Position numbers and translations under genes: made by a program. The notes beneath the pieces are model-generated. The model saw nothing but the letters and a program-made list of their open reading frames with translations, searched no databases and was not told where the DNA came from. Shown in pieces: positions 56,814-64,000 of a stretch of 64,000 nt of DNA (positions are counted from its first letter, which is position 1; every line of letters begins with the position of its first letter). The DNA is from a virus: IMG/VR virus record IMGVR_UViG_3300025816_000006, positions 98,691-162,690 of that record; one strand, given 5' to 3'.

Positions 56814-57054
56814 AAGTAAGTTTACCAAATTGTTCCCAACTGCCTTCCATTTTAACAGTTATCGGTTCTTTGTCAAGTGATTCCTCAACTTTTTTCTCAA
56901 GATTCTTGATCTTTTTCTTGAGATTATTTGTCTTGTCTCTTTCAGCGAGTACAAAGACTATTCCACAAATTAAGATCAACCATATCAATAAAATATGTAC
57001 CTCATTCCATACCCCAAACAGCCCTTCTTCTTTTTCATTCATATTTTGTCCCAC
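56785..57054 (-). CDS. small membrane protein
   Basis: TM plus coiled coil. Confidence 0.5.
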   Translation of the reverse strand: MGQNMNEKEEGLFGVWNEVHILLIWLILICGIVFVLAERDKTNNLKKKIKNLEKKVEESLDKEPITVKMEGSWEQFGKLTFSDSVWTDR

Positions 57055-57132
57055 AAATACCAGATAAAGTATCCTACTGTTAAAGCCTCGACCACAAACA
57101 ATACGTCAAGTATATCAAACTTATCGTCCATG

Positions 57133-57648
57133 TCAACCTTTATATTCAAAGATTCTTGCTACGCACTTACAATTTGCGCCACAAATCTTGCAGGGGAAAG
57201 CCTTGTTATGGTCTTTGTTCCAATATCCCCTAATATCGTCCCTTGGCTCGAATCCGTTATTCATTAGCATTTTTTGTGCAGGAACAACACCGTCCACAAA
57301 CCAAGCGTATGATTTGATGGTCTGAACATTTTGCTCTTGTAACCACTTTATTCTGTGTTTGACCATAGCATCCCCGAAACCTGATCTCGTCATGTTTACT
57401 ACAGAGGTTTTGAGGATTCCTAGCGATCCTTCTTGTTTAATTTGCACAGAACAGTAACCCCCAAGGAATTGCTGGCTAGGATAAACAGAATATGGAAGTT
57501 GGTCATTGTTAAGAAGAAACCATTGATGAATACTACTGTCCCAAGTTTGCTTGAAGAACATTCCCTCACCAAAAGTATCATCTACTAATTCCTCTGCCTG
57601 AATAGCATAATATATAGGTAGGTCTGATGGTACTTTAATTATCTTCAT
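57133..57648 (-). CDS. GNAT-like acetyltransferase
   Basis: VVNMTRSGFGDAMV, NGF, C-terminal CKICG..CKC. Confidence 0.65.
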   Translation of the reverse strand: MKIIKVPSDLPIYYAIQAEELVDDTFGEGMFFKQTWDSSIHQWFLLNNDQLPYSVYPSQQFLGGYCSVQIKQEGSLGILKTSVVNMTRSGFGDAMVKHRIKWLQEQNVQTIKSYAWFVDGVVPAQKMLMNNGFEPRDDIRGYWNKDHNKAFPCKICGANCKCVARIFEYKG

Positions 57649-57792
57649 CGTCTACAATTCCTAAACATAAGACCACTACTGTCAATAATACCGTTAAGCC
57701 AAACATCATTGAAAATGTTAATATGTTCACTCGCGCTCCTTGGTTCCTTGTAGTATGCCCCAATTATACTCTAAGTATCGTCTTTGTCAACT

Positions 57793-58047
57793 CTAATCTT
57801 TACTTCTTTTCCAAGAGAATAAATTGTTAAGCCACTTCTTTCTTTTATTACAATTACATTCTTTAAGATTAAACCATTCTTTGAATCTTTCTTGAGTGAT
57901 TCCCATATTTGTAAGTACACTTTCCACAACATCGCCCAAGCCCGTCATGTCCTCGCCGTGATTAAATTTGACTCCACGTTTTTCCAACTGATTGATTACT
58001 TCGTCCATTTCGTTTTTTATGTCTTGTTGTGGCATTTTTTTCTCCAT
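57793..58047 (-). CDS. conserved phage hypothetical protein
   Basis: GLGDVVE...CNCNKRKKWLN. Confidence 0.65.
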   Translation of the reverse strand: MEKKMPQQDIKNEMDEVINQLEKRGVKFNHGEDMTGLGDVVESVLTNMGITQERFKEWFNLKECNCNKRKKWLNNLFSWKRSKD

Positions 58048-58395
58048 TTTTCTTTTTTTTGTATTTTTTCTACAATTAGAGACATTTTACAGAGAACTAT
58101 ATCTCCATTGTATTATACACTTTGTGTTTGTCAAGAGGTAAAATCTCTATGTTTTAGTATAGATATATAACACACGCTTACTATACGAGAATGTACGTTT
58201 TCTTTATACTGTTAATACTACTGTATATATACTATGTACTAATACTACTATATAAGGAATAGAAGATGGTGATATGGAGATGTATTTATTAAGAATTGTA
58301 GATTACACCTCGTCCCCCTGCACCAAGCGATAAACATATTCATGTATATATGAAAATCATCAGTGTCTATAGGTGTATATCGGCATATATGTATA

Positions 58396-58725
58396 TCAGT
58401 CTATATTGTATTTGTCCTTTAGTATAATAGTAATCATATTTATATAGTAGTCTACTTGTGATGGAGTAAGCTCGACTCCAGTCTCGGCAAGCTCCCTTCG
58501 ATACCGCAAGCGTCTACTTGCGTCGAACGAGGCGAAATTCCTCATGGTCTTTGCCATATACTTACTGTTTATTAGTTTATATGTAGCAGAATACTTCTCA
58601 AAGAAATATATTAACTCATTTAATGATGGGTGATTTTGCTCGTTTTTATCACATAATTCATACATTTTTACCTTAAAATCATTATAATTTATCATTTTTG
58701 GGCCTTTTTCGCTGGCTATAGGCAT
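58396..58725 (-). CDS. hypothetical protein
   Basis: Plausible helical ORF; start uncertain. Confidence 0.45.
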   Translation of the reverse strand: MPIASEKGPKMINYNDFKVKMYELCDKNEQNHPSLNELIYFFEKYSATYKLINSKYMAKTMRNFASFDASRRLRYRRELAETGVELTPSQVDYYINMITIILKDKYNID

Positions 58726-58934
58726 CTTGGCGATCCGCTTTGATTAGATAAGACACTCCCCTGTTTGTATATATGTATTAGTATATACTATATAGTATAA
58801 TATACACTTATATGAATGTCAAGCAAAAACCGCTGACTGTTTACATAATTCCGATTTGTATATATTTGGTGAGACAAAACTCGAAAGCCGCTGACTGTAG
58901 GCATCTTGGCGATGTCTTTAGATAAGATAAGACA
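58711..58934. repeat. imperfect 45-bp direct repeat (58711-58755 and 58890-58934)
   Basis: Shared TAGGCATCTTGGCGAT and AGATAAGACA at identical spacing. Confidence 0.8.
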
Positions 58935-59195
58935 AATATGTCTTTTTTGGCTGACTCTACACAGACACACGATGGGCGCGGATCGGCAAAGACAGCCGCC
59001 CATAGTATTAGAATATCTTAATATAAGTATATGTGATAGTGACCAGACGTGTCAAGCGCAGCATTAGAGAATCTAATTATACCATTATATCGTCATATGT
59101 CAATACATACTTTACATAAACCGTTGATATATATAGACTTACAACGAATACATAAATATATATTTGAATGGTATGATATTTGCGTCTTGATTTGA

Positions 59196-59276
59196 CGTAA
59201 CCCTATGGTATGAAAGGACTTAGGGCGATGGGGGCGGCCCCGCCCGCCGTAAACCCTTACTGCGTAAGGACTTACG
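59196..59276. repeat. 81-bp tripartite palindromic element, copy 1
   Basis: 11-7-11 arm, 23-bp GC core, 11-7-11 arm. Confidence 0.9.
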
Positions 59277-59365
59277 TCAGAGCGCGAATCAGTCACCAGT
59301 CAGCCAGTACACCCAAATCCACAAAAATAAAATAATAAAAAAATGAATCATGTCAACCCCCAAGG

Positions 59366-59400
59366 TAGAAAATCCCGCACCCCCAACGGGGGGATGCGGG
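59366..59400 (-). terminator. rho-independent terminator
   Basis: CCCGCATCCCCC-CGTT-GGGGGTGCGGG-ATTTTCT. Confidence 0.75.
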
Positions 59401-59417
59401 TAACACACCTTGATCGA

Positions 59418-60308
59418 CTACGCAGCAGCAGCGAGAGCGAGCGTCTCAGCCGTTCTGACTGCTCTGTTGTCCGATGCCTTGAGGATACGGTCAAACTCGC
59501 CTTTGAACCCCTCACGCCTCGGAGCGTCCCACTGGTTGAACCCCTGAACGGCATTGTATGCCTCCCAAGCGGAAACCTCAAAACCTGAACCGATAGCAGG
59601 TCTGCCGGTCTTGATTCTCTCACGCTGCAAACGCTGGAAAATCTTTTCAGTGCGATTCTTGTGAATCGTTACCGCACGTTGACCAGCATCGGCATCCGGT
59701 TCTGGATACACAGCGTTCAGGAAGTCTACCATCTGAACGGGTGCTGCCTGCATACCGTGGACGAGATTCTCCAAGGTTTGCCAACCATCTTTCAGACTTT
59801 GAAACTGCCCAATCAGTTCATCCATCGCGAAACGCAACCCGCTAGTATGGCGGATCGACTGGTAAGTCTCGGAAACGCTGCGAAGCATTGCGAGATTTGA
59901 GCAAGCATCGCGATAAATGCCCAAAGTGACGTTGAACGCACTGCGATCATAACCGCCACGGATGATAAGACGAGGGAAAATGTTGTCGTTGGACCCATAA
60001 ATGGACCGGCGATAGTCGTCAGACGGTGCGATGGAAACATAGTGACCATTGCGGAAATGCGTCTTGACTTGTGATGCCTCGTCGAATACACTTTCGCAAG
60101 CGTCAACGAGAGCAACCACATCCTCCGTTTGGTGAGGAGTGTAACGGTCAGTAACCGAACCCTCCCCAACAACCTCGCTGGAATCGGATCGGAACATAGC
60201 GTACCAAGGTGTACGCATACCGTCAGGACCGGACAAGGGAAACTTGTCAACGGTGAAATCGAAAGCGGCAGCAACTTGGTCAGCAGCAGAAATAGTAGCG
60301 TTACTCAT
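59418..60308 (-). CDS. DUF932-family protein
   Basis: VTDRYTPHQT, GIYRDACSNL, SIRHTSG, SAWEAYNAVQG. Confidence 0.75.
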   Translation of the reverse strand: MSNATISAADQVAAAFDFTVDKFPLSGPDGMRTPWYAMFRSDSSEVVGEGSVTDRYTPHQTEDVVALVDACESVFDEASQVKTHFRNGHYVSIAPSDDYRRSIYGSNDNIFPRLIIRGGYDRSAFNVTLGIYRDACSNLAMLRSVSETYQSIRHTSGLRFAMDELIGQFQSLKDGWQTLENLVHGMQAAPVQMVDFLNAVYPEPDADAGQRAVTIHKNRTEKIFQRLQRERIKTGRPAIGSGFEVSAWEAYNAVQGFNQWDAPRREGFKGEFDRILKASDNRAVRTAETLALAAAA

Positions 60309-60457
60309 AGGAAAATCTCCAAAGGTGTGAAAAACAAAATCGTTCGTGTTATGCCCCCATTATACAGTATTCATCGTCCATGTCAACCCCCAAGCTACAA
60401 TCTTTTGTGGTATTTTGCCGGAAATCTTTTGGCACAGTATTTGCACTGGTGATTTGT

Positions 60458-60538
60458 CGTAAGTCGTTGCCACCAAAGGACTTAGGTCCGGCGGGGCGGC
60501 CCCAATCGCCGTAAGTACTTACAGCGAAAGGGTTTAGG
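60458..60538. repeat. 81-bp tripartite palindromic element, copy 2
   Basis: Same architecture. Confidence 0.9.
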
Positions 60539-61315
60539 TTAAAGGGCTAACTCTTTTTCCTTTTCCTTAATAAACGAATCAAGCAGAGAATAGTTGATCG
60601 TTTTCTGATCTTTATATCCAATGTTCCTAAGATCAAAGTCAAAACCGAACTTACAAGAATCTGAATAGTTTGTCTGAAGGCATAGGTTCATCGGCACACC
60701 TTGACCACTTTCTTTGTATGTTAGCAATTCATACACTGGATCACCAACACTTAGACTGAGCGCATTAGCGTATCTGCCAGCCGCATTGTTGGTAGACCAT
60801 CTTGCCGCTGGATGATGGTCACTGTAATCCCAAGTAGAATTAGAACGATCTGCACCACACCAATTTGACGCAAGAAAATAATCATCTGCTAAACTAGGTA
60901 CAAGTTGATCCCTGAGCCAATTTCTGTTTTCTAGAGTTGGTTCGCTACAGCTATCAATATACGCAAAATCAAAACCGTTTGGTGCATATTTCCTGAACGT
61001 ATCGTTACTTATTTTGTTCAGATCGTCACAGATAACAGTGACATTTTTGTATCCACGTTCTCTTAGGGTTGTGCGGATATGACCAGCAATCCGTCCCTTC
61101 TTTTCTACCGCTACAATATTTGTTCTCTTGCCTACCATTCTTAGCTTTTCCATAACTCTTAGGTCAAGCATACCAATAGAAGGCAAGATCAATAAATTCT
61201 TGATATTATATTGGGAGCCATAGTGGTGTTTTTTTCTGGCACACTTTACAATGTTAATTAGATTGTATGTTACTTGCTCTTTAATATCTCGCTGCTTTAG
61301 TGGGTTGTAATCCAC
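60539..61315 (-). CDS. putative SAM-dependent methyltransferase
   Basis: IVAVEK, ICDDL, FDFAYIDSC. Confidence 0.5.
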   Translation of the reverse strand: MDYNPLKQRDIKEQVTYNLINIVKCARKKHHYGSQYNIKNLLILPSIGMLDLRVMEKLRMVGKRTNIVAVEKKGRIAGHIRTTLRERGYKNVTVICDDLNKISNDTFRKYAPNGFDFAYIDSCSEPTLENRNWLRDQLVPSLADDYFLASNWCGADRSNSTWDYSDHHPAARWSTNNAAGRYANALSLSVGDPVYELLTYKESGQGVPMNLCLQTNYSDSCKFGFDFDLRNIGYKDQKTINYSLLDSFIKEKEKELAL

Positions 61316-61418
61316 GGTAATCTCCTTTTTGTAGTGTGTTAGTTATGCTTTAAGTATACAACTATTATCGTCACTGTCAAGCCTGAAGATTAAACTTTCT
61401 TGATAAATTGTAGATTGT

Positions 61419-61499
61419 CGTAAGTCGTTACTGTCAAAGGACTTATGGCTCGTCGGGCTGCCCCGCCGCACCTAAACCCTTACCACGTAAGGACTTAGG
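61419..61499. repeat. 81-bp tripartite palindromic element, copy 3
   Basis: Same architecture. Confidence 0.9.
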
Positions 61500-61580
61500 A
61501 CGACGAATGCTGATTAGTCAAACTCCCAAAAGCTACCCAAAAAAATCCATAAAATAATCATAATAAAAAATAATATCACA

Positions 61581-62369
61581 CTACACCCCTACAGTGGGGG
61601 TACTCTTTTTACTGTAGGAAAATTTAACTTTATTTTTCTTGAGTTCTCTGATTGCCTCGCTCGCCTTGCTTCCCTTGGGTTGTGTTCCGTGAATCAGTAG
61701 AGCGAACGAATTTTTACGCTGCGAAGGAATAGCGGCGTGTGAATCGTCGTGGTCGATGATCAAACCGAGATCGTCGGCCTGCTCTTGAGAATAAACCACG
61801 ATAGCCTCCCGTAGATTATGCTCGTCGATTTTGTGATCCAAGCGACCACCACGCGATGCCGTCAATACCAAGTTTTTTGGTAGGTGTGGCTCATCGTCTA
61901 GCCAGTAGTTGAGGGATTTTGTATAGGCATAGAATAAACGGTCTGGATTCCATTCTGCGACATATTGCCACGCTCGGAAATACTTTTGATTGAAGAAGTC
62001 GCCCGCAACGTGAATCCGGCAGATACCAAGATTTGCAGGCATAACGTCGGCAATCGCACAAGCCATATCGTAAGATGATCCCATAGATTTTAGGTCTATA
62101 AAGTTTGCCATTCTTTTGTTGTATACGTTGGGTAATAAAGCCTCTTGTGATGCAGAAAAACAACGAAACTCGCACTTCTTGCCGTCTTTGATTTTGCTCT
62201 TGCCGTTGATCTTGTGGACTTTTGACAGACAAGCCTCAGCTTGTGGGCATGACCACCCGCTGATTAGGTCAAAACTGTGAACCTTACGGTTATTCTGCAA
62301 CCAATATTGCAATTCGTCAACGCTGTGTAGTTGGTCAAGTTTGGCGTTTGCCTTAGAAAATTTAAGCAT
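61581..62369 (-). CDS. Gp88-family phage protein
   Basis: GWSCPQAEAC, CFSA, RIHVAGDFF, FYAYTKS. Confidence 0.75.
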   Translation of the reverse strand: MLKFSKANAKLDQLHSVDELQYWLQNNRKVHSFDLISGWSCPQAEACLSKVHKINGKSKIKDGKKCEFRCFSASQEALLPNVYNKRMANFIDLKSMGSSYDMACAIADVMPANLGICRIHVAGDFFNQKYFRAWQYVAEWNPDRLFYAYTKSLNYWLDDEPHLPKNLVLTASRGGRLDHKIDEHNLREAIVVYSQEQADDLGLIIDHDDSHAAIPSQRKNSFALLIHGTQPKGSKASEAIRELKKNKVKFSYSKKSTPTVGV

Positions 62370-62432
62370 TTTAACTCCGAGGTAGTGGTTGGTACTGTTC
62401 TATTTTATACTATATCGGCAGAATGTCAAGAC

Positions 62433-62855
62433 TTATTTACTTTTATGTGACATAATGTGAGAATCTTTTTCATCCACCCAAATATCCACGAATTTTGCAC
62501 TGGCAATGGGTTGTCCTGTTTCTCTTTCTTGGAAGGTGTCGGAGAAATAGGGATTATAATAACTTTCGGTCCATGTAAAACCCGCTTGCTTGTCGGTCTC
62601 ACGCACGTCAGCCAAATAGCCCTCAACGAACGCATGAACGTTTTTTCTTTTCTCATCCCTGACTCTCTTTTGTCCTGCCTTAGAAATTATAAACTTACAA
62701 TCCTTTAGAACTATGTTAGTAGTCCAACATTTTACGATCCCGCCCTGTTTTACGCTTATGCACTTGCGGTGAAGGTTACGATATACGCGAACCTTTTTGG
62801 TTGGGTCGATGTGCTGGATAACGTCGCGATTTGTTTCGCATACTGGTTTTTTCAT
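62433..62855 (-). CDS. conserved phage hypothetical protein
   Basis: VYRNLH...AGQKRVRDEKRKNVHAFVEG...YNPY. Confidence 0.75.
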   Translation of the reverse strand: MKKPVCETNRDVIQHIDPTKKVRVYRNLHRKCISVKQGGIVKCWTTNIVLKDCKFIISKAGQKRVRDEKRKNVHAFVEGYLADVRETDKQAGFTWTESYYNPYFSDTFQERETGQPIASAKFVDIWVDEKDSHIMSHKSK

Positions 62856-62942
62856 GTTTTCCTTTCGTGTTGTTGATACTCTCCCATTATACCCTTATAT
62901 CGTCAATGTCAATGGGTAAACTTTAGGAAATACAAGAATAGT

Positions 62943-63024
62943 TGTAAGTCGTTATAGAGAAAGGACTTACGTCGGGCGGGGGCCGCCCCGCCGCACCTAA
63001 ACCCTTGTCAGATAAGGACTTAGG
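62943..63024. repeat. 82-bp tripartite palindromic element, copy 4
   Basis: Same architecture, 24-bp core. Confidence 0.9.
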
Positions 63025-63031
63025 TCAAAAG

Positions 63032-63156
63032 TACCTCGCGAGGGAATCGAACCCCCGCGCCCCCCGCTAATCGCATCATGCACAACACTTTTAGCTTCGG
63101 ACTGTCCGCGAAACAGTCATCGGAATAACCCGCAGGCGACCCACCAAGGTCAAGGC
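63032..63156 (-). ncRNA. candidate tRNA-like RNA (T-arm, no clear cloverleaf)
   Basis: GGGGG-TTCGATT-CCCTC-GCGAGGT-A 3' end; internal hairpins. Confidence 0.4.
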
Positions 63157-63162
63157 GAATCA

Positions 63163-63241
63163 AAAAGAAAGAAGCGGCCATCTCTTGCACCGATACCCCG
63201 CAGGGCAGAGGGAAAGACTTACAGGATGACCGCCACTCTCC
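63163..63241 (-). terminator. long hairpin with U-tract
   Basis: GCGGTCATC...GATGGCCGC then TTCTTTCTTTTT. Confidence 0.5.
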
Positions 63242-63251
63242 ATTCACAACA

Positions 63252-63278
63252 CAACAACAACAACAACAACAACAACAA
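63252..63278. repeat. (CAA)9 microsatellite
   Basis: Directly visible, abutting a stop codon. Confidence 0.95.
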
Positions 63279-63482
63279 CTAGCTCAGACCGGCCACGATC
63301 TTGGACACGGAAAAGGACTTGTGAAGCCCGTTATCCTCTGCGACAGTGATACCCTTGCCGCTTGGACCGGTGAAGGATCGAACCTTCTTACCGTTTACCG
63401 TGCGGAGGACGTTCTTGTTCCCGTTGACAGGATACAAGAAAGAAACCTTGCGACCATTACGCTTGTTTGACAGATTAACCAT
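63279..63482 (-). CDS. small basic hypothetical protein
   Basis: GAGG RBS, coupled ORF. Confidence 0.55.
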   Translation of the reverse strand: MVNLSNKRNGRKVSFLYPVNGNKNVLRTVNGKKVRSFTGPSGKGITVAEDNGLHKSFSVSKIVAGLS

Positions 63483-63696
63483 TACTCAATACCTCTTTTT
63501 CTACAGTTGCGAATGTGAGAGACTGAACGCCAGCCTCACCAAGTACCTCAATTTTACCACGAAAAATGCCAGTTACAACACCTTTCTTCAATTTTGTGCC
63601 AAGTTTTACAACTGGCGTTTGTGGATCAACCATCCTCATTCTCCTTTTCGAGTTTTGCTGCTTCTGCCCTTGCTGCTTCCGCAGCTTCCTCGGCAC
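63475..63696 (-). CDS. hypothetical protein (start likely near 63639)
   Basis: AGGAG upstream of MRMVDP. Confidence 0.45.
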   Translation of the reverse strand: MPRKLRKQQGQKQQNSKRRMRMVDPQTPVVKLGTKLKKGVVTGIFRGKIEVLGEAGVQSLTFATVEKEVLSNG

Positions 63697-63880
63697 GATC
63701 TTTACGGATACGATCCGCTTTACTGTTTAGTGTCTCTGCTAGTGAGAGATACTGATCGTCTGTCATTGTAACACAGACTTCGTTCTGATCGGAATCGTTG
63801 AACGTCAGTGCTTTCCAGCCAGTGTAAGCGTGATCGAATTTTAACTCTACGGTAGTTTTGACTTTCATAAGTCTCTCCAA
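63626..63880 (-). CDS. hypothetical protein
   Basis: Downstream of the promoter at 63906. Confidence 0.55.
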   Translation of the reverse strand: MERLMKVKTTVELKFDHAYTGWKALTFNDSDQNEVCVTMTDDQYLSLAETLNSKADRIRKDRAEEAAEAARAEAAKLEKENEDG

Positions 63881-64000
63881 AAGGGGTTGTGAACTGAACT
63901 CTTCTATTATACTATACTTATCGGGCTTGTCAAGAAAAAACTTTAGAATCCATGTTGATATTTCTCAGGTAATTTGCAGTACCAAGACAGCATATCTTTC

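Noticed and set aside
59196-63024. CRISPR array interpretation of the repeated palindromes
   Set aside because: Copies are 1-1.5 kb apart with genes between them, internal spacers are only 7 bp, and no cas operon is present
63020-63247. 75-aa minus-strand ORF
   Set aside because: No RBS; overlaps hairpins and a T-arm, so more likely non-coding

Overview
This window is part of a large, AT-rich dsDNA bacteriophage genome. Essentially all genes are on the minus strand; the one credible exception is an inverted HNH endonuclease. Several proteins are of types enriched in Planctomycetota (two Tat-signal DUF1501 proteins, NPYQPP and PVR-type small proteins), so a planctomycete host is inferred. In transcription order (right to left) it contains: (i) a GC-richer early region (about 59-64 kb) made of promoter-gene modules separated by four copies of an 81-82 bp tripartite palindrome; (ii) early/accessory genes, microgene chains, rIIA/rIIB, UvsE, five tRNAs, a circularly permuted two-piece tmRNA and several unexplained structured RNAs; (iii) a membrane protein/papain protease/secreted thioredoxin module that may be a non-lysozyme lysis system; (iv) nucleotide metabolism and replication genes (NrdJ, dUTPase, ThyX, dCMP deaminase, PhoH, RecA, DnaB, DnaG, Cas4-like nuclease, and an intein-less DnaE split by DnaQ and an HNH gene); (v) a glycosyltransferase/methyltransferase cluster. 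All calls were made by eye from motifs; no database searches or folding programs were run.
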